Shown: positions 12,701 through 27,700 of the stretch, piece after piece
How positions within the stretch are numbered: the stretch's first letter is position 1
Layout of the letters: each line of letters starts with the position of its first letter
Assembly (NCBI GenBank): GCA_051294905.1
Contig: CM119385.1
Coordinates: forward strand, 22,010,001 to 22,074,000
DNA length: 64,000 bases
DNA from: Botryllus schlosseri
Lineage: Eukaryota
Direction of reading: 5' to 3'
The notes under the pieces: model-generated
The model's database searches: none
Told to the model about the DNA's origin: nothing
What the model saw: only the letters and a program-made list of their open reading frames with translations
Translations under genes and position numbers: made by a program

Positions 12701-15700
12701 GGCTGAGGGGATGCCAGTTTGCTAGAGTTACCATACGTCCTCTTTTAAGAGGATTTGTCCTCTTTTTTGACCTCGTCCTCGGAGGACGCCTAAATGTCCT
12801 CATTTTTGAGAATTTGTCCTAGAATTTTGGTCAAGATATATTTGAAATCAGCGGCCAAGTAACGCTCCGACGGGGTTTCCGGGATTTGAGCCAGAAAAAT
12901 GACATTTTTTTTAGTGAGCCAACGGAAAATGTCATAGAAAGCCGGTAATTCGGGATTTGAGCCGGAAAGATTACCATTTTTCTAGTCAACCTGCCACCAA
13001 GTCGGGAAAAATTAACCATTTCTTCAACGATTTTGCTCCGGTGTTCTAAGTGAAAATTTTGAAAAAGTGTCCTCTTCAGATTCCCAAAATATGGTAACCC
13101 TACGACCTACAGTTTACGAGACCGTCCTGTCAGTTCATTATGTCGTATAGTACGTTGTGGCTATTGAGGATATAAATATTCAGAACCGCCGACTATATTA
13201 TACTCGCAATTTGGCTTCCTTAATTATTGCTATACGTCGACCTTGTTTACCACATTATGTCGCGACATCCTCGAGCAGTCGAATTGGCACACCGGTTGAG
13301 AACCATTGGTCTAATTATAGACAACTAAAGTTATCTAGGGTGGTATAGTCACTAGCTAACTATGCAACCCTGGTCGCTAGGCTTGCCGAATATGTCAGAA
13401 TCTATCCACCTATATTAAAGGGTCTGATAAACCAGTCTTGTGTAGTGCAACCGTACATTTTATAGGGCTGTCGTTTTGATGTAATATTGTAAAACCCACA
13501 ATGCGATCAGATTCCGTGACGATTCTCCCGCCGTGTATGACGACAGAAAGCTATCTACAGAGCAATCGTATGCGAGTATTTTCATGGAAGTCGGCGGGTT
13601 GAATAGCATTTCACAAGCACCATTCGGAGATCGAATTGCGTGAATCGAAATTGGCGTTACGGACGTGTTTGTGATTTTAATAGCCTCGAAAAGCGGAACG
13701 CGGCCGCATAATATATGGTAGGCTTCGAGGAGATGGGGCGGTCGAAAGTTTAACCTTGAAGCGTTGCAGGCGTAGTCTTGGACAACTAGATAATTTTAGT
13801 GGGCATAATTATACTAATTAGAACGAAATGATGGTAATCTAATTGTGAAATGTTCGTATGCTCCAATTTTAATTATAATCTAATCTGTGAAATGTCTCTA
13901 TGCTTTAATTGGAATTCTAATCTAATTCTACTTTTTCTGAAAATGCTACTGGGAACTGTATAGTGCGAACGAACCGAGCTTTCTGTACAGACATTTAGTA
14001 TTATCGTGTTTATGAGAATGAATGATCTGATACGAACCGGACTTGGTTCGATTTTCATGGTTTCTCGAATTCAGTAATTCTAATCTAATTTGGAAGAATC
14101 GAGAAACTATGTAGCTATAATTCTAATTCTGATCACATTTGGAAAGAATTGTGCAGCTATAATTCTAGTTCTAATCGAATTGCATTTCTTTCTAATTCGG
14201 AATTTTATTCGATTTTCAAGTTTTCGCGAATTCGGTGATTCTATCTAATTTAAAAATAAAAACTATATAAATATAATTATGATTTTAATTGGCCGAGAAT
14301 TGTCGATGAACTTGTGTAGTGTTTTTGTTGGATCGTAGTGAATGGCATGTCGGGCCTGGCAATGTTGATATAGTGTTAAGATCTCATGTAGACATGCGAT
14401 GTATTCGCTGCTCGATGATATACGCCGCACTAATATTTTGCTATTGTATATGACTAGACTCTTTTTGTTGTGTGTTTACATCTACAGCGCATTCGGATTT
14501 CGCGTGGTTCACCGGTTTCCACCCTATTTTACGGCGTGAATCAGTTATAGAACAGACCCGCCAACTCCGGGATGTAATCCACAAGAAATGGTGTTTGACT
14601 GGTTTTAACCCCTTGATAATTGGCCTGATTTGATAAGGACACCTATCTCACACCCTGATCTGATAAATACGCTTATTTCTGCCTACAAATTGACAAGATA
14701 CGCTTCAGTCTTTGTTAGTGATGTATTTTACGCTTTTTCTCAATTATGCAAGCAGATATCGTTTTCGAGCTATGCTAGTATAGCGCTTGCATAAGTTCGC
14801 TTCTATGATTTCGAGATGTGCTTGCAGAGGATAAAGCAATGGCTGATGTTTGGAAGTAAGTTGGCGCGGGTCCTTGTTTGGCCCAGCGTGTAAGATACGC
14901 GGTGTCATTCCTTCCGTGAATAAGACATTTTGCAAGCGCTTTTCGCGTAAATCGCGTGAGCCATGATATATGACATAGCGTTAGCTAGATGATATTATCA
15001 CGCTTGTGAAATGTCGGTGCTGTGATATTTTGTTGGTTACAAGTCTCGGTAATAGCAGATTTACGCGGAAATGTGAATTGCTTGAATTTTATTTTGTAGA
15101 TATATTTCATGGCTTGTCTTGAGTCTAATCGCTGGTCGGGCCAGGCAATATCGCTATACCTAATTTCATGGACGTAGTGACGATGTGTTGGGTTAATATA
15201 GTACCGATGGGACTCATGTGGGAAGTTCAAATATGTACGATCACAAAGAAGACATTGCTAAAGTTTATTTGCTATTTTTCGATCATCCTTATGCTTATGC
15301 CATTGCAATTTGTGATAATGCTGCTGGTTGAACAATAGGAGTGTTCAGAAATGACTTTTTTTCTCAAATTGTACTGGCTATTTGATAAAATTGCAAAGTT
15401 ACCTAATTTAAGCCTACACACCAAATTTGGTTCAATTTCAGCCAGTAGCCGCATTGTTACGGGAGAATAAAGTTTCTATTTATTATATAAAAATGAACGA
15501 AAATTTCAAAATTGTTTGTTCACCTCATGAAACTGTTAGGTTGTCTATAAAAACGATGTTCACCCAGTCTGGTTCAATTCCAACCAGTGGAAGCGGAGTT
15601 ATTGCCGTCGAAAAATTTGGATTTGAATAAAATAGTATTTACGGTGGGCACACTTATAGTAAATAATTACAGAATTGGTCATCGTAAATACTATTTTATC

Positions 15701-18700
15701 GATAATCCAAATTTTTCGACGGCAATAACTCCGCTTCCACTGGTTGGAATCGAACCAAATTTGGTGAACATCGTTTCTATAGACAACCTATCACTTTCAT
15801 GGGGTAAACAGAAAATTTTGAAATTTTTGTTTGTTTATTATATAATAAATAGAAACTTTCTTCTCCTGTAGCAATGCGGCTACTGTCTCGAATTGAACCA
15901 AATTTGGTGTGCAGGCTTAAATTAGGTAACCTAACAATTTTATCAAGTAGCCAGTACAATTTGAAAAAAAAGTCATTTTTGAACACCCCTATTGAACAAG
16001 GCTTCACAGATTGCCATTTCCACAAACGCCCGACTACCAAGGTGAATTCCCGTGGGCGCGCGGCACCTGCGGTTATCTGCGGTTAATTGCGGCGTTTGTG
16101 ACGTATGCATGCTAGCACCTTTCTTAATAGCAGCTGTGACTTTTCGAAATGTTGTCGCCTTCGCGCTAATCACGCCGAGCACGAGTCTGCTTTGCATATT
16201 CAATTCACGAGATGTGAATTTGGCAGCGGCAATACTATAGGTAGTTTTTCGCGTGTAAGTTGGTTTTGAAAATTTCAAGGAATATTTCGGACTCTTGTTT
16301 GTGAATAGTTCAAGCAGCTCTTTGTCGTGACACAATCTCCGTTGTAGTACGACCTGAGTGATATACTCCAGACTCGGACAACCAGATAATTCTAGATTTC
16401 TCTAATTATAGCCAAATTATAATTTAATTTGTGGAATGTTTTTTGCTCTAATTTTATTTCTAATCTAATTCCTAGCTTCGCTGAAAATGCTATACGAGAA
16501 CTGTATAGCTCGAAACGAGCCAAGCTTGCTGTACAGACATTTACTATTATCATGCTTGTGTGGATCAAACTATGATTTGATATGAACTGAAATCGACTCG
16601 ATGTCCTAGTTTTCGCGGATTCGGTAATTCTAATTCTAATCTAATTTAGAAAAACTGTGTAGCTATAATTCTATTATAATCTAATTTTAAAAAACAGTGT
16701 AGCTATTGTTATAATTCTAATTTGGTTTGGAAAAACAGTGTAGCTATTGTTCTAATTCTAATTTGGATGTAATTTAGAAAAACTGTGGCTTATTCTAATT
16801 CTAATCTAATGTGAAAAAACACTGTAGCCATTGTTCTAATTGTAATCGAATTTGGAAAAACTGTGTAGCTGCAATTCTAATTCGGATGTAATTTGGAAAA
16901 ACTGTGTAGCTATAATTCCAATTCTAATCTAATTTGAAAAAAAACAGTGTATCTATTGTTCTAATTCTAATTTGATTTGGAAAAACTGTGTAGCTACAAT
17001 TATAATTCAGATGTAATTTGGAAAAACTGAGTAGCTATAATTCTGATCTAATTTGAAAAAGCAGTTAGCTATTGTCCTAATTCTAATTTAATTTGGAAAA
17101 ACTGTGTAGCTATGATTCCGATTCTTATATAATTTAAGAAAACAGTGTAGCTATTGTTCTAATTCTAATTTGATTTGGAAAAACTGTGTAGCTACAATTA
17201 TAATTCGGATGTAATTTGGAAAAACTGTGTGGCTATAATTCTGATCTAATTTGAAAAAGCAGTGTAGCTATTGTTCTAATTCTTATCTAATTTGGAAAAA
17301 CTGTGTGGCTATAATTCTAATTCTAATCTGATTTGAAAAAAACAATGTAGCTATTGTTCTAATTCCAATTTAATTTGGAGAAAAAAAGTGTCTAGCTATA
17401 ATTCTAATTCTGATCTAATTTGAAAAAACGGTGTAGCTAAAGTTCTAATTCTGATCTAACTCAGCAAAACTGTGTGGCTATAATTCTAATTCTAATCCAA
17501 GTCGGAAAAATACTGCGCAGGCAAGGTCAAAAATTGTATGGTTGGCAAGTCTGCTTTTGTATATGCCAGGCGACCTCACAATCAGGTTAATGACCTGCAA
17601 AACATCGCTTCACTTCTGCCCCGATTCTATCTCAGCTCACGCGATTACTATCGTTACACAAATTAATCGCTTGTAGCCTTAATAGATTATCTCCGAAGCG
17701 ATAATTACTAATCGTAACGACTTAATCATATTGGTTTTACGATATACTTGTCAGCATCGTAAGTCGAGCATCAGATGAGAATCGGGCAAGTTTTCGAGCG
17801 TTATAGGTAAGAAAGATTTGTAGCTGGGCCGGGGCTAGAAGCCTAGTACACGGTTCAGAGTCGAAGAATCTCATGTACGGACTTGGTACTAGTTACACTT
17901 ATTAGATAGCGAAATGCTGGCAATCTATAATCGATGTAGCTATATTTGTAGTTCCTATCCAATTTGAAAAAAAAAATTGTAGCTATCATTCCAGTTCTGA
18001 TCTCATGTGAAAACACTGACTATATTTCTAGTTCTAGCCTAATTTGTAAAAACTGTGTAGCTATAATTCTTATTTTAATCAAATTAAAAAAAAATGTGTA
18101 TAGCTATAATTCTAGTTCTAGTCTAATATTAAAAATAACTGTATAGCTATAGTTCTGATTCTAATCTAATTTGAAAAAAAATCCGTGCAGCTATTACAGT
18201 TCTAGTCTAATTTTGGAAAAAACTGTGCAGCTTTGATTCTAGTTCTACTCGAACTTGGAAAAACTGTGTGGCTTTAATTCTAGTTCCAATCTAATTTTAG
18301 AAAATGTGTAGCTATAGTTCTAATTCTAATCTAGTTTGAAAAAAAATATATGCAGCTATATTTCTTGTTATAGTCTAACTTGAAAAAATGTTTAGCTAAA
18401 ATTCTGCACAGTCCTAATTGTAGTACTGTCTGGTTGCGTTCTGCAGACAATTTCACTGAGATTCTACGCTACAGAGCGAGATAGCTACAAAGAACGCGCA
18501 ATACGCTGCCTTTGTATTTTCAAGTATGAGAGGAATGGTATTATCAAAGCCAACACCAATAAAGTTTGTGTACCATTCGGGCGAATCCCATTCATTCGTC
18601 GAGAAATCATCTCGGAACAGAGATTCCCGCTGTCATGGTCAGCGGTGTTAGGCAGAGGAACGGCGTGTAGCAATTCGCGCAGTGTAATAGTCGGTGATAG

Positions 18701-21700
18701 TCAGTACTATCGTATACGCTGAGGACGAAATATTGTGAATATCCAATTATGGAGTTTACCGACTGTGAAGATGTTGCAGGTATTGTTTTGTGTTAATATA
18801 CATGGACAATAATATGAGAAGGGGGTGACTGTTACGAATTGTCATCGCTTCTGCATCTGTGTTGATCAAACTTGCACAAATTACCAATCTAACTATTGCT
18901 TTTGAGTAGTTCTAGGCTAGCTCTAGTTTTAGCCGCGGATTTTGAAAAGTGAGTAGTTCTAATTCTAGTTGTAGTTGCGAATTTTGAAAATCTAGTAGCT
19001 TGTACGAATGTACGTACAAGTCTGCAAGTACGGAATCCAACCAAACCAGGCCCCGTTCAAACTTACCTTTAATTTGCAAATGGCCATGCGGGGAAAAGTA
19101 CGATGCGTATAGTTTGTGTATTGTGTACCCATCTACACTGTTGATCCCCGTATACGGGCCAACTGTATTATTTGCGCCGTTGCGAAGCAAATATTGTTGT
19201 CGGTGCTGTGTACGCCGTGACGTCTCGTAAGCAATAGAAACCGATTCCGTATATGGACTGACTCGTCATTAGTTTAATTTGTGCGACGCTAAAACATGTT
19301 TCTCATAAACCGCAGTAACCAAATAGGACGGGCATAGTATCGAAATGGTTGTTGTTGTTGTTGAGATATCTAAATTACAATTGTTATGTTCTTTCCAGTT
19401 CTCTACTAGTTGCTGACGATTACACCTGGCGAGTGTCAGCTTGAATTTTTCGGGTTTATTTCAATATGAATAAACTATTCATAATTTACCGTAAAAACCT
19501 TTACGTTTCCAAAGAGTTTTATCCGTCTACAGATTTAAACGAGCGATACCAAGGTCGAAATTTCCTGACTTTTTTATGAAGTAGACGGACACCGCGGCTT
19601 GATTTCGTACTGCATGTTGAAATCGTCAAGTCTCTTCGACTTTTGAATTGAAATATGCACTCGCTTTCATTCAAGCGCGGGCTGTTGGCGTTCGTAAAAT
19701 ACATTTACAGTAGACCAGTGGTTCTCAAGCTTAACCGGTGCCCCACGGAACCCCAGGGTTCCATGAGCAACTCTCAGGGGTTCCTTGGAGGTCAAAACAC
19801 ACACTGAACTCATACATATGATTCGTGGTGACACGCGTGTCTTGACCATCATTAGGTTGCAGACAATTAGGCCAGATCAGTAGCCGAATTATGGATGTTG
19901 TGATTATACGTCGTGCGCAGTGGCGAAATCGAAACCGCGTCCTTCTGAAATGCCAATTCCATCTCCTATCTCCCATATATACTGTATGTGCTCATTTGCA
20001 ATCAAGCAATTGGTATCACGCTGTTGCGTTTCGAACCAACAATACGATGACACTTTCCAAGGTAAAGACTCTCGTTTCTCCACTGACATCTGAAAGGGAA
20101 CAGCGAAGTTACAATGATTTGCAATGAATATTCATTATAAGGTTTTGTGTGAAAATCATATTTCAACGGTTCCTTCTTTTGTACATCATTAGTTATAGCA
20201 ATGAACTAGATATGTATTGTGGTAAATTTTGTTCTTATTGGGGGTTGCACAGCTTGTTGACGGTTGGCCACGTAGAGCCGCGCAGGTTGTGGCGTAAACA
20301 GGCCCGTTCCATCTACGTCAACTTGAATCAGTTTGAAATCAATATATTATCATGTGGTACCGGCGCGTAGACGCACGTGACTGTTTCTTCCAAGATTTCC
20401 GGTTATGGTGGCTGATTGGCGTGAAGATGGCTTCGTGATTTCATTCGAAACGAGCGATTGTGCGTGTTTTAACAAACACGATTCCGGTAACTCGAGAATT
20501 GACATAAGTAAGATTTGCTTTTCGCATCCCGCGTCACGGCTCTGCTGTAAATAACGTGCGTAAGAGCCCTTGTGAATCACAACCAGGTATAACTTTGGCG
20601 CGATCGCATGTACCGTTACAATTAGCTTGATAGGTTGGATGCTAGCGCGTTATTTATAGGAAAAGCATCGTTATCTTTGATCCCTTGGGCATACCTGAAC
20701 TGAGCAGCAGGCACTTCAGTATGATGCGGGTGTTGATTCGAACCAGAGTCTATGAAGGTAATTTGTTATTTACGAGGCGATGTAAGGATTGCGACTCGGG
20801 CAGACTTGGATAATTAGAAAATTCTCGGCTTTTCCAAATTATATAAAATTAGAAATATAGCTTCACAGTTATTACCAAATTAAAGTAGAATTAGAATTAT
20901 AACAACAGTTTTTTTCCGTTCTCGTGCTCATCAGAATGAACTCTGGTGTGATGCTGATTTCTTTTGTATTTTTTCTAATTTGGAAAAAAAAAACTGTGTA
21001 GGTTTTATTCTAACCATAACCTGAAAATGTTCTAGCTATCCAACGCTGTGATCGAGGTCTTCATTTCGCAAATCTACGCCGTCGTAATCAAGCAAATTTA
21101 GATCTGTGTAGCTAGCTTTGTTAGTAATGCGTGACTACAATCTTTCGCCAGATGCTCGCGTTTCAACTTGCTTTGTCGCGGCGCTCGGCTGCTTTGTTTT
21201 CGCCCGATGCTGGTCCACAGGCCTGAGCGTGTTTACCTCTAGTTGTGGACGGCTTTTTGTTACCCGCATGGCTGGCAATAGTGTCGCAATGAATTACTGT
21301 ATAAGTATATGTTCGAAATTGGTTTGGCGTAGTAAATCACGTCGCGCTGCTTGTAGCATAGAAGGCTGATATTGAAGTAAGTGTAGGCTTGCCGGTTATG
21401 CTTTTTGAATGTGATTAGTGAGATCAGATGTTGAATAAGTTATGCAATTGTCTATCGTAGTTCTGTACCTCGAAGAAGCGCTTAAAATCAGATGTGTGTT
21501 TAGTTAGATTTGCAGCGATGTGATAGTGAATTTGCGACCGGTTGATCGAAAATGCGCAGTTATTACGGATAAAGCCTGTACAGGTTCTTCAAGAACGGTT
21601 CCCTTGGTTAGCTAAAAGTGATTTTATAAGCGTCACATAACGTATCGCATAGTTGAATTAAAAATGATACCTAGCACTTATCGGCTATCTGTTGGATGTG

Positions 21701-24700
21701 GTTCTATACTCGATTCGATAACTAAATCGGTCTTACGTTAGAGCGTAGGCTTAGCGCAACCTCAATCAAACATGGTTGTATGGAACGTAGGCCTAATTCA
21801 TTTAATTACTCGTATCTTATGAACATTAGGGCTCTTCAAAAATGACTTTTTTTCTCATATCGTACTGGCTACTTGATAAAATTGTTAGGTTACCTAATTT
21901 AAGCCTACGCACCAAATTTGGTTAAATTCCAACCAGTAGCCGCATTGCTACAGGAGAAGGAAGTTTCTATTTATTATGTAAAAATAAATAGAAAAAAATT
22001 TGAAAATTTTCTGTTCACCCCATGAAAGTGTTAGGTCTTGTATAGAAACGATGTTCACCAAATTTGGGTCAACTCCAACCAGCGGAAGCGGAGTTATTGC
22101 CGTCGCAAAATTTGGATTTGAATAAAATAGTATTTACGGTGGGCACCGCTATAATAAATAATTAAAGAATTGGTCACCGTAAACACTATTTTATTCATAA
22201 TCCAAATTTTTCGACGGTGATAACCTACACAACCTAACACTTTCATGGGGTGAACAGAAAATTTTCAAATTTTTTATTGTTCATTTTTAGATAATAAATA
22301 GAAACTTTCTTCTCCTGTAGCAAAGCGGTTACTGGCTGGAATTGAACCAAATTTGGTGTTTAGGCTTGAATTAGGTAACCTAACAATGTTATCAAGTAGC
22401 CAGTACGATTTGAGAAAAAAAGTCATTTTTGAGAGCCCTAATGAACACAGATACACAATTGAATATTATATTGATATCGAAAGAAACGCGATTATTTTCA
22501 ACTGACACTCGTCAGGGGGTTATAAAGTCTCATGCTCAATTGTCTCATTTTCAAATTTCTGGCAACCACATATATTACTATTACGTTATCTAATATAGGC
22601 GAACTTATATTTTACTGATGCAATTTATCTCCAGACATCGACTACAAGAAGAAGGTCGAAGAGCAACCGACCCCTCCGAGATCCGCGTCGCCCATCGAAG
22701 AAGCGATATCTGACGACGAGCCGCCTCCCGATATCAGCCCCGAGGAAGCCAAGATCGATACCGAAGTCGCCGAGACCAAAGTTACTGAAGCCGACGAAAT
22801 AAAAGGTAGCCGTCATGTGTATTATATACTGATTCGCTTTAAGACTAACTCAGCCTGTGAACGGTATGAATACTTAAGTGCAAACCTCGACAACTAAAAA
22901 AAATTAATACGTTGTTTTTCTTAATTAGATTAGAATTAGAATCATAGCTACACATTTTTTTCCGAATGAGTCTAGAATTAGAATTATAGCTACACAAGTT
23001 TTCGATGATTAGATTAGAATTTAAATTAGAGCTATGCGTTTAATCCTAAATGACTTGATTTTGTTTGCAGAGGAAGTTCCCGCGCAGGAGCCTACAGAGG
23101 ACGTAACGGTTGAGGATATAACTGAGAAAAAGGATATCGCACCGGAAGAAGATATGGTCGCCGTCAAAGCAGTAACGGAAACGGACAGTGAGATGTTTTA
23201 GTTAACGGAAAGAACTATTGAAGTAACTAATGAATCGGTACTCGTTTTTGGATATGCTTGATTGCACCTTCGAGTGATATTGCGTTATTCGTAAATATTC
23301 GTCCCGCAATTTTGAAAATATCCAACTCCGATAAACAGCTAATGATATGCGATTCACGAGTAAATCTGCCTTTGAAAATTACTTTCTTTGGCATTTTTCA
23401 TAACATTCCTTTTGTAGCTCCATTTGAAGTAGTTTAGATGTCTCGGTAATTGCCACTTTCCAATTGTAATCGAGCGGAAATTTACGTGCTACCCTGAGTA
23501 CCGAAGCTGACTAAAAAATCGCCTAAATCAGCTCTCGATGTTGCCGCGAAAATCCGGACTCGAGATATCAATACGGTACTTAATATATGCGTCTTTTCAG
23601 TTGACGCTCCCGACGGAGTAGTCAGTGCGGACTCGGAATCCACAGATTTTCTTCCCGAGCTGCCAACAGCTACCAGGAAACTGGAGCATGTCACAAAGGT
23701 GAGGTATCAACTTGTTTGTAGTTGTCCAAGTGTTTATATCTGGCCTAAATTGACTATCTATTTACGGGATTGCCTAGGGCTGATGCGGGCGTGTCGTAGG
23801 CGTGATAGAAAGTGCTCTAATCAGTTGGTTTCAATGGTTGTGTGCTTTGGCAGTATCTGGGCGTTACTTTGCCTAATGTGCTTGTACAGTACAAGGTGCA
23901 CTGCAAATTAGATGGTGGTAAATAGGTGTATATTTATCGGATTTCTACCATAGGTTATGGCAGGGCTACATACCTGGCGGACTGCAGTCCGAATACGACC
24001 TTTCCAGTGTTGAATGGGGATTGTATCTGTCTCAATATAATCCGAGTCCATTATAAATAATACTAATTCTCCCACTTGCTGCAACTAACAGAGCAATACA
24101 TACATTTCGCTTATAGCTCTTGCTAATTTATACCGCATTACATTTGCATGACTGTCAATTATATTTAATGAGAGATGTAACTGATTTAAAAAAACTTTGC
24201 TTACAGTATGGGTGTGCCTTTGGGTGTGCAGTGGGCGTGATTTGTTTGCTGGCTCGATTTTGCTCTGCAGGACGAAATGTATCCAATATCATCTATAGTG
24301 AATTTGATCTGCAATAAACATAGGCTTTAATAGCGTGTCTGTATTCAATAGCGGCAGACTTTTGGCGACTTGATAGTCCTTATTCCCTAAGTAGGCTAAT
24401 TAAAAGATGTAATGTAGGTAATGCAATTTGTGAAATGCCTCTATGGTCCCGTTTTAATTCAAATCTAACTCCTGGTTTTCTGACAACGGTACACGAGAGC
24501 TGTATAATGCGAAGCGAGTCAAGCTCGGTGCACAGACGTTTGCCATTATCACGGTTACTGAAGCTGATTTTTGTTGTATTACTTGCTAATCCTGAATGTG
24601 ATTCAATTTCTAAGTTTCAAAAGAGAGATGTCTATGTGCTGATACTTAATCCGATAGTCTTTGTTCCGTCATGCAGCTTGTGTATTTTCGCAGGGGAGAG

Positions 24701-27700
24701 CTCGTCCCGCGAGACGTGTGCAAAAGAAACCCGCCGTGAAAGAAGACAGCGATAAAAGCGTTGATGATTTCTTCAGCGCATCGTAAGTTTCTGTGGGCTA
24801 TGGCACAAGGCACAGGGAGCCGACATGATAGTGTTTCAATTGTGGTTGGTTATCCCTGATCAGTAACTAAGTACTTTACACTAAGTATGGCCTACGTATG
24901 CGTCCGTTTAGTGATTCCCAAGGTGAAATTGGTTAGATTTCATATGTTTCTGGTATTTGAATCCAGTAACAAATGTGACATCACAAAACGTACTCCTCTT
25001 CAGGGTGACTAGCACAGACTTCGAAAAAGTTCCCACTCTGGACGAGGAGAAGAAAGAGAACGAAAAAGAAAGTGAGTTGATAAAAATATATCAGGTCGTT
25101 TACATTGCCTGAAAACGTATTCCTTCTCACGCAGTAACGCCGAAAAAGCCGAGAGGGTTCGGATTGCCGGGCATGGGACAAATCACCCCCGACATGCTGA
25201 AAAAGCGGCGGAAAGACAGCGGGAGCAGCGACAAAGACGGGAGCAAAAAGGTAGGCATTGTATTGAGGCTGAGAATATTGCAAATATGATTCGTAGTTCG
25301 GAGCTATTTTTGATCTCCGCTCCATTAATTCACGAGCAATTCAGCCTAAAAAAAACTTTCAGAATTCCTTTCAGCAGGCATATGGACTGCAGAACTGCAC
25401 TAAACAAACGAATGATACATATTAATGTTTGAGTAAACCCGCATATTTTCAGCTGGCACTCGTCAGCAACTAGTAGAGAATTGGAAAAAACATTGGTATA
25501 CGATCGTTGATATGCAATGTTCTTTCCAATTCTCTACTAGTTGCTGACGATTACCCCTGACGAGTGTCAGCCAAAAATACTCGAGCTTATTTCAATATGA
25601 ATATATTATGCAATTGTATACCGGTACTGAAGTTCTGTATCTCCATGGGCATCTTGAATGAAACATGCTACTAAACTAGCAACTATATTTACCTCGATTT
25701 ATTCAACACCCAAAAGCATGGTCGTGTAGAAAACTAAAATAATAAAGCAAACGATACCAATATTTTAAGCAAGCAGGAGAGAAAATAACGCAGTCTTGAT
25801 TAATGAAGGCGGAATTCAAAACTCTCGGCAAAGATTGTAATGTAAGAACGTTCAAGTAATGTGAAAAAAAATTGGTCTTTCTATTGATCAGGACAAAGAA
25901 TCCACACCCGCGCAAGAGTACGAGGAAGAGCATTCCGTTAAAAACGGAGACGACGCGGAGACGGAAGACTCCAAAAGCGAACCGGCGGCGAAAAGACGCC
26001 CGGCCGGGGCCATGGGGCTCCCGGGGATGGGTTTCGGGGGTAACGTGCTCGCCGAGATGAAATTGAAAAAGCTCAATCGTAGCAAGGTGAGTTGGTTTGT
26101 CCATTTCTGGAACCGATTGTTATTGTGATTCCCTGGCGTGAATTTTGTAAACTTTTAAATTGATGTGACAATCAGACAAAGGACTTAATTTGAAAATTAG
26201 CAACTATAATTAGAACTAGAGCTATTCACTTTTCAAAAGTCGTAACCGAAACTAGAACTGGAACTATTCACTCTGCAAAAGTCTCAACTAGAACTACTCA
26301 CCTTTCAAAATTCACAGCTAAAACTAAAACCACGCACTTTTCAAAAGTCTCAACTAGAACTAGAACTACAGTTCAAAAATCGCAACTAGAACTAGAACTA
26401 TTCACTTCTCAAAAGTCTCAAGTAGAACTAGAACTAGAACTACTCACTTTTCAGAATCCGTTACTAAAATTAGAGCTGGAACCACTCCCTTTTCAAAAGT
26501 CGCAGCCAGAACTAGATCTTCTCACTTTTTAAATGTTTCAACTAGAACTAGAACTATTCACTTTGCAAAAGTCTCAACTAGAACTAGAACTACTCATCTT
26601 TCAAAATCCGCAACTAGAACTAGAACTTTTCTATTCTCAATTCTATTCACTTCTCAAAAGTCTCAACTGGAACTAGAACTACTCCCTTTTCAAAAGTCGC
26701 AACCAGAACTAGAGCTTCTCACTTTTAGAATGTTGCAACTAGAACTAGAACCACTCACTTCCAAGTGTCTCTTGAAATCTAGTTTCGAAAAAGAAGCCGC
26801 CTTCTTCATAATTGTTCAAAACCAAACGCACCCCAGCGCATAGCTAGCCATCACCTACATTTGATTTTAAACGCCGTAACATTCTCTCAGACATCCGACA
26901 AGCTGCAGGGTGAGAGCACCAAGCCAGACTCGGAGCAATCGTCGGCGCTACCGTTCGGACGCGGGATGTTGAAGAAAACCGCGTCGCCCGCAGAGAAAAA
27001 AGAAGACAATAATAGCAATAATAATAACAATAATAACGCAGCCCGGAAACCGGACCTCAGTCGGTGGAAAAGCAAGTCTTTTGACAAAGGTGAGTTGATA
27101 TTTTTATGGTGTAGAATTCGTGATTAACATAAATGAAAACGGCAGTCTGCAGTCATCTTTTCCAAATGAGATTTAAATTAGAATTACTGAATTCGCGTGG
27201 ACTTGGAAATGGAATCAGTAGTCGGCTTTTCCAAATGAGATTAAAATTAGAATTTTAGCTACCGTTTTTTCCAAATTATATTAGAATTAATAGTTGCTTC
27301 CAAACTACATTAGAATTAGAATTACTGAATTCGCGTAGACTTGGAAATGGAGTCAATAGTCGGCTTTTCCAAATGAGATTAAAATTAGAATTTTGGCTAC
27401 CGTTTTTATCAAATTAGATTAGAATTAATAGTTGTTTCCAAACTACATTAGAATTAGAATTACTGAATTCGCGTAAACTTGGAAATGGAATCAGTAGTCG
27501 GCTTTTCCAAATGAGATTAAAATTAGAATTTTGGCTACCGTTTTTATCAAATTAGATTAGAATTAATAGTTGTTTCCAAACTACATTAGAATTAGAATTA
27601 CTGAATTCGCGTAAACTTGGAAATGGAATCAGTAGTCGGCTTTTCCAAATGAGATTAAAATTAGAATTTTAGCTACCGTTTTTTCCAAATTATATTAGAA

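Noticed and set aside
15272-16086. Several ORFs with similar translations (EPNLV…KLGN), also at 22274, 38361 and 2605
   Set aside because: Reading frames through the fold-back MITE family; no transposase motifs.
15973-16335. 120-aa minus-strand ORF
   Set aside because: Runs into MITE sequence; no domain and no clear splice sites.
18485-19240. Possible antisense gene in the CARMIL intron (strong AAAG|gtaagt donor at ~19068; hydrophobic LLVLALIIPFLSYL at ~18530)
   Set aside because: No phase-compatible acceptor joins the two pieces, the hydrophobic run is short, and there is no homology I recognise.
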